A DNA stretch of 64,000 bases from Piromyces finnis finn (taxonomy: Eukaryota; Fungi; Neocallimastigomycota). The stretch is from contig MCFH01000070.1 in NCBI GenBank assembly GCA_002104945.1, positions 1 through 64,000 of the forward strand. The letters are read 5' to 3'. The notes below the pieces were generated by a model. The model was not told the origin of the DNA. It ran no database searches and saw nothing but the letters and a program-made list of their open reading frames with translations. Shown here piece after piece: positions 13,304 to 27,632 of the stretch. Made by a program: the position numbers and the translations under genes. Within the stretch, counting starts at the first letter, position 1; the number at the start of each line of letters is the position of its first letter.

Positions 13304-14035
13304 ATGAGTAATAAAAAAGAAAATTCATGGTTATTTACTAAAGAGGAATTAGATAATCCACCTTCAATTGAATATATGACATTAGCAAAAGAACGAGAAT
13401 GGAGAAAACTTGCAAGTAAATTTGTTTTGAACGTAGCAAAAGCACCAAGGCTCAAACTGTATGTTTGATTCTGGTACAATTAAATAATATTAAATATTAA
13501 TCAAAATTTGAAATATATTTAAAAAATTAAACATAAAATACCTGAAAATTTAAAATAAATATAAAGTTCAAGAGCAACTATAACAACGGCTCAGATATTC
13601 ATTCATAGATATTACATGAGAAGAACCTTTAATGATAATCCGTGGGATGTATCGATTGCTGCAATTTTTTTAGCTTCTAAAATTGAATATGAATATACCT
13701 CAAGAATTTCAAGATATTTAATCCATGAATGTGCAAGAGCTGCGAAAAAAATTGCAGACCCCCATTTTGAATTAAATAGAAAAGAAAAGGTTGATAATAT
13801 ATTGAAGCAAAAAGAAAATGATTAAATAATATAATTAGCAATAAAATATTAAAGGTAACTAATATTGAATATTGATTAATTTTTTTTACTAAATAATTAA
13901 TGATTAATAGGAATATGGATATTGGAGAAATAACATGTTCTATTATGAAACAGAAATGTTAAGAATACTTTATTATGATCTTAATGTAGATGAACCATAC
14001 AGTTACAGTATTAGATGGTGTCGAAAATACGAAAG

Positions 14036-14069
<34 letters not shown>

Positions 14070-15741
14070 AGTATTTTTTAATAAAATGTATAAATATATA
14101 ATTTATCAAAATTAAAATAAATATTTAGTTTCAATGGAAGAAGAAGCAGTTATAAATTATTTACTAAATGAAAGGTAATATATCATAATATATGGTAAAT
14201 ATTATATTAGCATATCATAAAAGAATAAATTTTAACTTAATTAAAAATGTAATTAAAAAAAAAAAAAACAGTTACATAAGAACAGTTCTCTGTTTACAAT
14301 ATCCAGCAAAAATAATAGCAGCAGGTGCCTTTGTATTGGCTATATATCAAAATAAAAATATTAATTGGAAAGAATGGATTAAAGAATTAAATATATCAAC
14401 AGATGATATTAAAGGTTGATATTTAATATTTAATATGGAATATTAATTAAAATAAAATAGATATAATATAAATGAAATATATATGATAAGTTCATTTTCT
14501 GATATTTTCTTTGTCGAATACTAAATTCAATTAATAGATGTAACGCTAAAATTAAAAGAAATGATAACAGAAGTTAATGAAAAAAGTCCGGTTCATCAAC
14601 CTAATAAATATTTATCCAATAAATCATTTTCACTACAAGATTTTGTAAAAGTAAATATAATTATGTAAAATAATTTTTATAATAATTTGTATTAATTAAA
14701 TAATTATAAATAGTATATTTAAAAAAAAAAAAAAAACAAGTATTGTTAACAAACTTTTTATTCTTTAAAACTAAAAAATAATATTAGTCGCCAAGTCCGT
14801 TAAAAATATCAACAATGAATAATGATATAGATATAAATAACACAAATAACAACACTTCTACTATGACTAAAACTAAGCTACTATCATCACCACCAAAATC
14901 TGAAAATTCTGACAATATCGAAAAGGATAAGAAAGAATTTAAAGCACCCGACACTAATATTGAAACTATATCAAATTCTAAACAATCTTCAAATGAAAAT
15001 GAAGACTGGGAAGTTGTTGATATGGACATTGATGAAGATGAAGATGCAATACCGAATCCAAATATAATAATTAATTCTCTAATTATTGAAAATAAAGACT
15101 TGAAAAACGGTATATTATCTTTTTACTATTAGTACTATTATTATTATTATTTGTTTATTAATTAATTTATAAATAAAATAGCCACTAACAAGATTCTAAT
15201 ATAAATTTATATATATATACATATTTAAATTAATATATATTCATAAATCATAAAACATGTACTACTTTTAATAATTTTGATTCCACATTTAAAAAACAAA
15301 AATAATTTTAATTAAATAGATGAACCGAGTTATTATAGCAAGGATAATAATAACATAAAGTATGATAGTTATAAAAATAAAAATAACTATTATTCAAATT
15401 CCAGAAAGCATTATTCCCAATCATCATCTCTATCTTACCATTATTCACGATCACGATCAAGAGGAGGAAATAGTTATCATTCAAGTCATTACTCATACTC
15501 AAGATCATATTCAAATAATTATTCTAGTTCTGGGCAAGGGTATTATAGAGGGGGTGGTTCATCTTATTATCGTTCGAGTTCTAATAGAGGAGGAAGTGGT
15601 AATAATTTTAAATTAAATAATTCAATAAACGGTAATAATATTGGTGGTTCTATTAATGTAAATAGTGGTAATATGAATAACTTGTCTCCAAAAGGATCTG
15701 GAAGACCACGAAATCCAAATTATTACCCTCAATATAAATAA
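13304..15741 (+). CDS. Transcriptional cyclin (T/K/L family) with an S/R/Y/G-rich C-terminal tail, spliced
   Basis: WLFTKEELDNPPS, ATITTAQIFIHRYYMRR, AAIFLASKIE and CLQYPAKIIAAGA cyclin-box motifs; tail containing SRSRSRGG ends at TAA 15739-15741. Confidence 0.82.
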
Positions 15742-17081
15742 TTATATTTAAAAAAAAATTTTGTATGTTTGTTAAAATATTTATAACTTTGTTATATCAA
15801 AAAAAAAAAGGGGGGGTATTTTAATAGCAGAGAAAATATAAGTAGTTTTTAATATTATATATAAATATATATATTTATATATTTATTTTTTTATAATGTA
15901 GAAAGATATTTTATTGTTTTATTTAGTACAATAATTGAAAAATAGAATATTTTTTTTTATAATAAAATATAAAAATTAATAAAAAGCGTATATAATTTAA
16001 GATAGAAAAAAAATAAACATCTCTTATGTGATATTTATATTAATTCATATATTATTCCAAAATATGAAATAACTGTAAATATTAATGTTATTACTAAAAA
16101 AAAACGAACGAAATACTCTATATATTCATTAATAATTTATTTATTTTTCTTTCTTATAAAATTTTTTTATAAAAGAAAAAATATATAGTAATTTTATTAA
16201 ATAATTTATTAAATTACATTAATGTAGAAGATTATTATTACCAATCAAAATTATTAAAATATATAATTTTATTTAGTGTATTAACAACATAAATTATTAT
16301 AAAATAATTCATTGAATTATTGAATTATTGATATTTCAACCTAAATATTTTTTTTTATTTTTCAATAAATAATTGAAATTTAATTAATACAAAAAAAAAA
16401 ATCATATTTAAATTAAAGGTAATATAACATTGTTATAAAGATAATTGTAACATATATATTTAAATATTATTGTAAAAAAAAAAAAAGAGGACTTAATGGT
16501 ATAATGAATATTAAAGTAAAAAGAAATGTAATTATAATGATAAATATTTTACATTTATCAAAATAAAGCCTTTTGAATAAATATTATTAGAAGGGTTTTC
16601 TCAATGGAATTAAATTCATAAAATTCTTTTTTAGATTAATAAAAATCATAGTAAAGAAATAATTTTCACTTATTAAGTATGAAATTAAATTCAATTTCTT
16701 AATTATAAGTAAAATTATATAAATACAAAAAAATAAATAGCATAACAATTATTTTATTATCTTAAATAATCGTAACCTAAAAATATTATGTATATGTATA
16801 AATTATGAAAAGAAAGAATATATATATATATTTAATATAATCTTTGTAAACATATTTTCATTTTAATCAGTATTATAAAATTATTTTGTAAATTTATATA
16901 AAATTAATAAATAAATATAAACTAATTAATCTTTTCATTATATTATTATTTCATTTTACAATAATATCTTTATGATAATTATTTATTATTTATATATATA
17001 TAAATAGAATAAAATAGAAAATAAAAAAAATAATAATAAATAATAAAAAAAACAAAAAATCAATTAAATATATATTAGAAA

Positions 17082-17585
17082 ATGGATTTTGATATTGATA
17101 ATATGGATTTTCCATTACCAGATCAAGGAATGTCATCTGGACCAGCCGGAATTGTCCCAAACATGACAAAAGAACAAATACAAGAAAAAATTAAAGATTG
17201 GATGTGTATTTACCCAGTATATATTGATTCAAAGAAAACTAAAGACCAAGGTAGAAAATTAGGAAAAAAAGATTGTTGTGAATCACCACAACCATTAGCT
17301 ATGTTAGAAGCAATGGGAAAACTTAAAATTAGTACTGTTTTAGAAGATAAAAAACATCCAAGAGATCAACTTAGAGCAGGTAGATTAAGGGTCGACTATA
17401 CAGGAAATAAAAAGGAATTATTAAAAAAGATAGCAAAGCTTGTTCCAGAATGTCAAAAAGAACTTGACGAACAAAGAAAAGCTGAAGAAGCTTCCAAAGC
17501 CAGTGCATCTGGTAGTGGTTCAAACAAACAAGCTTCCTCAAATAATAAAAAATCAAACAAAAAGAAGGGAAAAAAGAGACGTTAA
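17082..17585 (+). CDS. SRP19: Signal recognition particle 19-kDa subunit (Sec65)
   Basis: WMCIYPVYIDSKKT...GRK, KKHPRD...GRLRV and NKKELL motifs; single exon. Confidence 0.92.
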   Translation: MDFDIDNMDFPLPDQGMSSGPAGIVPNMTKEQIQEKIKDWMCIYPVYIDSKKTKDQGRKLGKKDCCESPQPLAMLEAMGKLKISTVLEDKKHPRDQLRAGRLRVDYTGNKKELLKKIAKLVPECQKELDEQRKAEEASKASASGSGSNKQASSNNKKSNKKKGKKRR

Positions 17586-19953
17586 ATAATATTAAAATAT
17601 ATCAATAGGCACATAAATTTACGTTATACTATAATTTTTATAATTAAAATTTGTATATTTTAATTTCACTTTTTTTTACCAAAAAAAAATATATAATTCA
17701 AAATCATTTACCATAATAGCATATGTACTTATATTATTATTTATATATATTTATATAAATTAATATATATTTATATCCAAGAATAATAACAAAAATAATA
17801 GAAATTTAGAATAAAATATTAAATAATACAATTTAATAAATCTCATAAACAAGTAAAAGAAACAGAAACAAATATTAAAAAACTAAAAATAAAAAAATAT
17901 TAAAATAAAATAATAATAAAAATAATAAACTAAAAAAAAATACAAAAATAATTTATCTTTTTTTAAAAAAACTTTTTTGAAATATTGAGGTAAAATTATA
18001 ATGATATATAATTTTTATATATGTTTGTTTATTGTTTGAATATTTACACCGATTTAGAAAAAAAAAAAAAAATAGGAAATTTTAAAAAAATAAAATATAT
18101 ATATACTCTGAGAAATCTGAGAAAGTATATTATTTTATTAATATTGACTATTCTTATTAAGACATATGTATTGTTAAAATATATAATCAATTATTCTAAT
18201 AATAAAAAATAAAATCTAATTTTTATCATATATATTTATTTTCTTAACTTTAGAATTAACAATAGTGTTTACTTACAAATATGATTTTACTTTCTTCAAT
18301 AATTAAATTTTTGTGTATATTGTGTATATATTATAATTGAATTAAAAAGAAGTAATATATTTATATATATTTTTAAATATATTTTGAAAATTGTTTCTTT
18401 TGAGAATAAAAACAAAAAGAAAAAGAGAAAGAAAACTTTTATTACAAAATTATAATAATTGAAAAAAATAAAATAAAAAAGGTGGAAAAAATAAAAAAAG
18501 GATTTTTTTTTTTGCTCCCTTTTATTTTATTTCAGCATACTATTCATCCATTTTAGGTATAAATAAATATGAATAGTATTATTAAATTTATATTGTTTGT
18601 ATAAATATTATATGTTAATCGCAATATTGACAAATTTATTCAATATATTTATTTATTATATGTTATTAAATATTAAAATTTTAGTTTTATTTTATATATT
18701 TATATATGTTATAAATTATGTTCAATACATATTAATATTGATATTTTTAATTTAGTCTTTTTGGATAAACCTATAAACCTTCCTTAATTAGTAAATACGT
18801 ATTTGAACTTTGGTTTTATTGTAATGTATGTAACATTTATTAAGATTTTTACTTAATATGGCAATTATTAAAGTAAATTGTGTAGATGAAATAAATTTGT
18901 TATTAATTACAATTATATTATAATAATATACTTTTTATTAATTGTAATATAAAAAATTACTTTTTTTGGTTACTTTTAAGATTTCCAATGTAATACAATT
19001 GATTAATAATTAATACATATATATTAAATACATATTAATATATTGAATGAAAATGAGGCTTATTAAAATATATGAACATTTAAATATTTGACTATATAGA
19101 ATATAGAAACTAAATTTAATTAAAATATATTACAATATATTATAATATATGTGTGTAATAATTATTGCTTCTTTTATTATTTTAATAATAATTATATTTC
19201 CTTTTATTGAATTGTTTAAATATTTATAATATATTTATTATATATTATCCAAAAAAATAAAGCATTTATTATTTTATTAATGTTTATATGTTTTTTTATT
19301 ATTATTATTTTATTAAAATTAGTTCCTTAAACATAAATAAAAAAACATATAAAATAAAAATTTTTCACTATTACTTTTTTTTAATTTTAACTTTTTTTTA
19401 TAATCTAATTTATAAAAACTAATTAATAAAAGCTCAAATTAAAAGTAAATATAAAAACAAATAATATGTTATTTAATTACTAAAGAAGTAAAATAGTAAT
19501 ATTAATAAAATATAAAGTAAAAGTTATATTTTATAAAAAAATAAAAATGATAAATAGAAAAGATAATCAAAGCATATATATTATACATCAATGATTATAA
19601 TAAATCCGAGTCAACAAAAAAATCCAAAATTCATATAAAACTAAATATAAATAAAATAATACGAGATTTAATAATGTTATAAAAATAAAATCTAAAAATA
19701 AATATAAATAAAAAAAGAGTGAAAGTAGTAAATAATTAGTATAACAAATATGAATGAATAAGTAAACAAAAAAAATAGTAAAAATAATTGGAAATCTCTT
19801 TTTTTATTTTTTGTTTATTAAATGACAAATATGTTAAAATTAGCTGTATTAATGATAAAAGAAAATATAATATTAATTAATGATAGTATAACTAATAAAA
19901 TTTATATTTATAAATAAAAAATTATATTTTAAATAAAATTTCAAAACAATAGC

Positions 19954-20491
19954 ATGGCCGATCAACTTTCTGAAGAACAAATTGCTCAATTCAAGGAAGC
20001 TTTCTCCCTCTTCGATAAAGAAGGTGGTAACACTATTGAAACTTCCGAACTCGGAACTGTTCTTCGTGCTTTAGGTTTAAACCTTTCTCAAGCCGAAGTT
20101 AACAAATACGTTAAAGAAGTTGATACTGGTAACGGTAAAGTTGGGTATGTATAATTTAAGTCAAAAAATAATTTATTTGTAGTATTAGTTAATAATTATA
20201 TTTACATTAATAATTAAATAAAACAGTTTCCCAGAATTCCTTACTCTTTGTGCCCGTACTATGAAGACTCAACCATCTTCTAATGATACTGATGCCATCA
20301 ACAAGGCTTTCCAAGTTTTCGATTCTAAGAACTCTGGTTTCATTTCTGCTAAGGAATTCCGTCACATCCTTACTCACATTGGTGAAAGATTAACTGATGA
20401 AGAAATTTCTCAAGTCTTAAAGGATGCTGGTATTGCTGATGACGGTAAAATTACCATTGAAGCTTTCACCAAAATGTTAAACGCTAACTAG
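19954..20491 (+). CDS. Calmodulin-like EF-hand protein / myosin light chain, one intron
   Basis: [22 protein letters not shown]...[10 protein letters not shown]; intron (gg|gtatgt...aacag|t) joins KVG-FPEFL; several EF loops deviate from canonical calmodulin. Confidence 0.85.
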
Positions 20492-21227
20492 ATTATACTT
20501 TTTTAACTATTAGTACATAATTATTGATTCAATATATAAATAATTACAAGGCTATAATTATTTAAAAAGAAATTATATAATTATATTTTCTTTTAATTAG
20601 AAATAAGCATAAAAAACTATAAATATATAGAAAAATATATTAGAAATAATATATATCTTTTTAAATCTTTTTATATGATATATTAATATAAAAAAAATAA
20701 AAAAAATAAAAAAAAAATAATAATAAAATATTTTTTGTATATAATATGTATATTAATAAAGTTGTTTTCATTTTTGTTATTTTATGGTTTTATTTGTAAA
20801 AACATATGAGTAATATATATGATCTTTAGAAAATAATAAGAAGTTTAATTCATTAATTACTATTTATATTTTATTTATATTCATAAAATTGTTTTAAAAA
20901 CAATTCGATTTTAATTAAAATTTTAAGATACAAAAGGTTTATTTTTTATTCATTTTCTTCCTACTTTAATTATTCCTTATATATATACATTAAATATTTA
21001 GAAGTATCTACAACAAAAAAAAGAGTAAATAAAACTTGCAACGTTCATAATTACTACTAGAAATTGAAAAATTATTTACAAACTATAACTAATTCAATAT
21101 TCAATAGAATATTTATTTATAATAAATAAATTTTATTATATAAAAGGTTTTTATTTATTAATATTGAAAATTGTATTTTTCTGATGAAAAAGATTATATA
21201 ATGCATTCATTATACTATTAATAATCA

Positions 21228-21421
<194 letters not shown>

Positions 21422-23077
21422 TTATTTTTTCTTTTATTTTTATCAAATAGATTAATGTATTGTACTATTATTTAATCTTTTATACATAAATTATAATCTA
21501 ATCCATGTCGTTTTTAATATTTTATATAGAGGAAAAATAATTCCTTGATTCTAATATTTTTTAAAAATAGAATCTGTAAAAGGTGGTAATTTATGTAATG
21601 ATAAATTATATAAATTATCTATTTTTTTCTTTAATTATAAATCCTTATAAATCTTTATTTATTTAGAATAAGTTAAATCGTTTTTTTTTAAATATTCATT
21701 TTCAATTTTTATTCATTGTATAATGAAATACTTTTTTACATAAAATTAATGTATTTGTATTGTATAAATAAATACTTTTTAATATATTTAAACTAGTTCA
21801 TCAAATCTAATAGGATTAACTATTTAAAAATTTAAATAATATTTTTTTAATTCACATTCCATTCTATTGTAATATGTATAAGTAATATTTTCAAACATAT
21901 CATAATATATTAATTAATTATATATAAAGTTTGAATATTAACTAAAATTATACTTTTTAATGTGACACAATTTTAATTAATATATTTTTAATATTAAATA
22001 AATTATTTTCATTTAATTTCGATACTTTATATAGATTGTTTTTTAAAACTAAAAAAAACTATATAGATATTTTTTATTTAAATGAAAATAGCTATGATAA
22101 AATAAAAATAGCAAAAATAATATCCGTTCTTTTTAATAATCAACGATAGATTCATTATTTTAATTATAACAATAAAGAATTACAATAATATAATATATAT
22201 TCATTATAAAAATTTCGATATTAAATTTAGTAAAAATAATATAATTCTCACTATTAATTTTTATATAAAATTTTAATTAATGGGTATAGATATTAATTTA
22301 TAAAATGTTTTAAAGGACCAATATTAAATTTTAATATTTAATAAAGTTTATATCAATTATTTGTAATATTTTAGTAATACCAAAAAATTAAATAAAAATT
22401 AAAAAAATATTAGATATTGTATATAAAAAACAAAAAAATTCTTTTTTTTTTTTTAATAATTTTAAATAAAAAAACAATTTTTTTTTATTAAAAAATAAAG
22501 TAAAAGAGTATATCGTTATAAAAAAAGGTATCTTTATAAAAAATATAGATATTTAAAATATCAAAATATCGTTATAATTGAAAAATAGATATTAATATTT
22601 TTTTATTTATATAATAAAGTTTCAAATATACTTTGTCGATATTAATACAGAAAATCAATTTCTATATATCAACAAAGTTATAGTTATAATAATATAATAA
22701 TATTAGGTATTTATTCAATTTATATAAAAGAAATAAATATATATAAATTTTAATATTTATTTAGTATTATTATTTATATATTTATCATATTTGTCATTAA
22801 TGCTTAACTATTTTCATAATTAAAAAATAATTAAAGTTATTAACTATTTTAATTTTAATATAATCTTATATTTTTATTTATTTTGGAACACAATTTCATA
22901 ATTTCATAATAATATATAAAATATAAATAATATTTTGAATACAATAATTTAAAAATACAAATCGTTGCATAAATAATAATATTATTTAAACAATAACGTA
23001 TATACCGATTAATTTTTTTTCTAAAAAAAAAAAAAGAAGAAAAAAAATTATTAAAATATAAATTTATAGTAGGCAAA

Positions 23078-23536
23078 ATGAATGGTGAACATAAACCACA
23101 ATTAAGAACAAATTACAAACCAAAACAAAATATTGATAAAAACTTTACTATCAATAGTAGTTATCACGAAAGCACTAGAAGACATTATGCAACTTCTCCA
23201 GGAGAAAATAAAAAGATTGATGAATCTCCAAAAGGTCGTAGACACATACAAACTCCACATAATAAAGACCATATTGTTTTTGAAACTCCAATAGAAAAAG
23301 AAAGACCAAAACCATTTGAAAAACCAAGACCAAATACTAAACCAGAATTCCATTCTAAGAAATTTGCACCATCAAGACCAATTCTCAAGAGTATCAATGC
23401 TTCTTCAATAAGTTTCAATTATTGTGCAGATAATAATGCTAACACTAATAATGCTAAAAGAAATATTAATACTCGTATTGACCCGGCTTCACTTCCAGCT
23501 GCTGGTTATAAAACTGGTTTCCATGGTATTCGTTAA
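23078..23536 (+). CDS. Hypothetical basic, proline-rich protein (152 aa)
   Basis: GC well above the flanks, coding-like codon pattern, A-rich ATG context; no family recognised. Confidence 0.7.
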   Translation: MNGEHKPQLRTNYKPKQNIDKNFTINSSYHESTRRHYATSPGENKKIDESPKGRRHIQTPHNKDHIVFETPIEKERPKPFEKPRPNTKPEFHSKKFAPSRPILKSINASSISFNYCADNNANTNNAKRNINTRIDPASLPAAGYKTGFHGIR

Positions 23537-24036
23537 ATAACAAGAATAAGATGATAAAATATCATTAAAAATATAAGATATTACGAAAATCAATATTGTT
23601 AATATATACATAATTTTAAGTATAAATAATAGTTCAAAAATATTTTAATTATATATATATATTTATATTTAAATCTTTCTTAAAATAAATATTTCTTAAA
23701 ATACTTATTAAATTTGAAAGATTTAATAACAAAAAATAATTTATTATTGGTATTTCTTTTAATATTATTAAAATTTTTATATGTTTATAAATTCATTTAA
23801 TTTATACATTTTTAATAAATAAATTGAAATTTATTATAAAAATATATATATATTATATAATTAAAATATTTGAAGTATTATGGATTTCTTAACAAATAAT
23901 TTAAAATACCAATCTAAAAGAAAATATAAAATATTAATAGAATATATAAAATAAGAAGGTGACATAAAAATATATTGTGAGATAAACTCGTATTATTTTT
24001 TTATGTTTCTTTATAAAAAAAACTAAAATAATAACA

Positions 24037-24040
<4 letters not shown>

Positions 24041-24085
<45 letters not shown>
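24041..24085. repeat. (AAT)n microsatellite
   Basis: About 15 perfect units. Confidence 0.9.
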
Positions 24086-24086
<1 letters not shown>

Positions 24087-24378
24087 TAATAGAAATAAAA
24101 AATTAAATTAATAATAAATATATAAATATAAATGTCATAGTTTATATAAATTTACTTTTAAATAATTTGAAATAATAAATAAAAATAAATATATATAAAA
24201 ATAAAAATATGGAAATGGAAATTGTGAATGATTATTATTAAAAAATTATTAATATATATTAAAATAATTTATAATTATTTATTTATTATTACAATATTAT
24301 TTTTTTTTCTTTAATTAAATGTTTATTATTTAAATATATTTATTTGTTGTTAAAAACCCTGTTTATTTTAAAGTTTTT

Positions 24379-25223
24379 TTAAGCAATTCTTAAAATTAAG
24401 TGAATACCACTATCAGAAAATATAGGTTCACTTAATTGATTGACTTCTAAGGCAAATGAAGCTTCTTCAAAAGAAGCTAAAATAATATAATTTAATAAGA
24501 TAATATAATAAATAAAATATATTATTATTAATTTATAATTATTTTATAATAACCATATTTATAAAAATAGAATAATATCTAAAATAAAATATCTATATTA
24601 AAGTAGAAAAATTAATATAATATTTACGTTGCATTTTTCCACGACCAAAGAATCCTAAATCACCTCCATTTCTTGCTGAGCCGCAATCACTTTCAGTCTT
24701 TGCTAATTCTTGTAAACTTATTTCACCACTTGCAATTCTTTCTCTATAACCCTTAATGATTTCTAAAGCTTCTTCCTTAGTTCTTGTAATATTAGCTTCT
24801 TTCCATGAAGAAGGTCTTCTTGATTGATTATGTTTTACTAAAAGATGACAAACTCTAACTTGTGGTTCATTTGAATCATCTTCTGGTTTTTCCCATCTTG
24901 ATTCTCCTGTTCTTGGATTGAAATAGTAGACTCTATTATTTATATTTTTTTTACATTATTATATTTTAATATTTTTACTTCAATTTTTTAATAATACTGA
25001 AAAGATATATATAATTCATGTTTCATTTTAATTTATTTCTATTATTTTTAAATTTTAAAATTTTATTTATTTATTAACCTGTTTCTACTTCTTGACCATT
25101 TTTCTTCCCAAACCTTATAAATAAATGTTTTTAAAATAATGATTTTTATTAATAAAGCTATGTAAAATGATATGTATATTATTTATTCCTTATCAATTTA
25201 TTTAATTATTAATGCAATACCAT
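24379..25223 (-). CDS. ESS1: Peptidyl-prolyl isomerase Pin1/Ess1 (WW + parvulin domain), spliced
   Basis: [28 protein letters not shown] (WW domain); [49 protein letters not shown]. Missed by the ORF track. Confidence 0.93.
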
Positions 25224-25420
25224 TTTTTGATTATCTTAAAATATTTTTAAATCTTGAAAAGAAGAAAATTTCAAATAACTTATATTATTAATATTATATG
25301 TAATTTAAAATTGGATAAATTAAAATTAATTTTAAATATTATTAATTTAAGATAATGTATGTATAATAAAAAAAAATTTTTTTTAAAAAAAATCAAAACT
25401 TATTCTTTATTCTTAATAAA

Positions 25421-26494
25421 ATGGTAATATTTAGTAAAATGAATAGCAAATGTAATAATTAAGAATAATATTAATTTATTATTATTACAATATAATATAA
25501 ATAGGATCGCTTAAATTTAAACAGTCAATTGGAACATTGTAAGATTGTTATATATATTAATAACTTTTAAATTCAGCTAGACAATAAAACTCATCTTATT
25601 GAAATAATTATCTATTTTATTATTATTAATTATTTTTGATAAAATAGTACAATCGAAATATGTTGGTACAGGACATGCTGATACAAACAAATTGTAATTT
25701 TCAATAATATTTCTTTTTTCTGTAAATTTGAATTTCATTCAAAATAATATTATATATTTGGATTTCATTACAATTCAATTCAATGCCATTTAATTAAAAA
25801 AAGTAATCTTGAAACATCAATATTTTTTAGATGAAAGATAGTATAATATCAATTAAAAAACAAAATTAAAGAAATGAAATCTATCGTTATAAAATCGACA
25901 TTTCAATAATAGTATTATTATATATATGATATTTATTATTTTTATTCTTTTTTCAATCGATTAATTACAGGAATAATAAATATTAGAAATAAAAAATTAA
26001 CAATTATATAAATTTCAATTAAAATAATACTATTTGAATATTTTTCATTTAAAAGGAGTATTTTCAAATAATCAAATTGTTATTATCATCATTTTTAAAT
26101 TCATTATGAAAGTTTAATAATAAAATCAATCACTAAAATAAAGAAAATAATTTGATAAAGCTTATTTTTTTAAAAAAAAAATATTATTAAAGAATATAAT
26201 GTTTAAAATTATAGACATTTTAAAAAATAAAATAGAAATAATAATATGTGATAATAACTTATTAAAACACATCGAACATGATACATTATTTGTAAAAAAC
26301 AATATTTTAATTTTTTTTTTTTCATTTTAATATTTATAAAGTGAATGGTTGCAAAATCAACATCGTGATAGCTATGCTTCTTATTTAGGACATTATGGAA
26401 TGTTAACTTATTTCTCAATAGCCGAAAATGAAAGTATTGGAAGAATGAAATTTAATTATCTCGAAGTAAGTTTATGATTTTATAATAATAATAA

Positions 26495-26563
<69 letters not shown>

Positions 26564-26720
26564 TAAACTTTATATATATATATATTCTTTTTTAACCAGA
26601 AAATGTTACAACCATGGTAATTTTATATTTAATATAATATGTTTAAGATTTTAAATATATACTAACTTTTCTTTATTGTTGTTATATAATAGCGGCCCTC
26701 CAATTAAGAAGGAAGATTAA
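25421..26720 (+). CDS. SF3B5: Splicing factor 3B subunit 5 (SF3b10), 6 short exons
   Basis: Exons join to M-DRLNLNSQLEHL-QSKYVGTGHADTNKF-EWLQNQHRDSYASYLGH...KFNYLE-KMLQPC-GPPIKKED*. Missed by the ORF track. Confidence 0.93.
26495..26563. repeat. (AAT)n microsatellite inside an SF3B5 intron
   Basis: About 23 perfect units. Confidence 0.9.
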
Positions 26721-27632
26721 ATGATGATGATGATAAATAATATTATTATTATTCATTTTCATTAGTTTAATTTTTAATTATAGTATTATAACTAGTATTA
26801 TAATTGATTTTACAATAATTTTAATTTTTTTTTTTTTATTCATCTATTTATATTTGTAAAATTATTATTCAATATTAATAAATAATTTATTTATCACAAT
26901 ATTTATTTATTTATTTATTTACTTATTTATTTATTTATTTATATTTATTTATTAATTAACATTTAATAAATAATTTTTACCATAATTTTCTATAAGTATT
27001 ATTTTTATTTTTTTAAGGATTAGTGGTGTTCTAGTTTATTCTTAAATTTAATATTTTGTGTTTGCTTCCTATTTATAGATTAATTTCATCAATATATTAA
27101 GTAATATAATGGATCATATATTATATTGAATAACAATATATTTAATTTAATAAAAATAATTATCTTTATTATTATAATTAGAAACCAAAAAAATGATATA
27201 AATAATTTTTATAAAATATTTTTTTAAAATATTTTTCTTATTACAATAGTATTTGTATTTATATAAAAATCTTTTAAAGTAAGTATATAGCAAAGAAAAA
27301 AAAAAAGTATTTTTTAAAGAAATAAATAATAAGAAGGAAAGGAATTAATTAAAATTGCAGGGAATATATATAGACAAAAATTTTGGAACATTTATAATTA
27401 AACATCAATAATTCCGAAATCATAAATAAACAGTATTTATTTATTAAGGAAAATAAAGTAAACTATATATGTATATATATAAAAGAGAGAAAGAAAAAGG
27501 AAAAAGAAAAGGAAAAGAAATATATATATAAAAAACTTATAATAATATATGTTTTTAATTTAAAAGGAAAATAAATTCTAATATTAAATAATTAACTGTT
27601 TTTAAAATTAAATTTTAATAACAGTAATAAAA

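Noticed and set aside
22320-22338. AT-only palindrome aatattaaattttaatatt and similar
   Set aside because: Expected frequently at this base composition.
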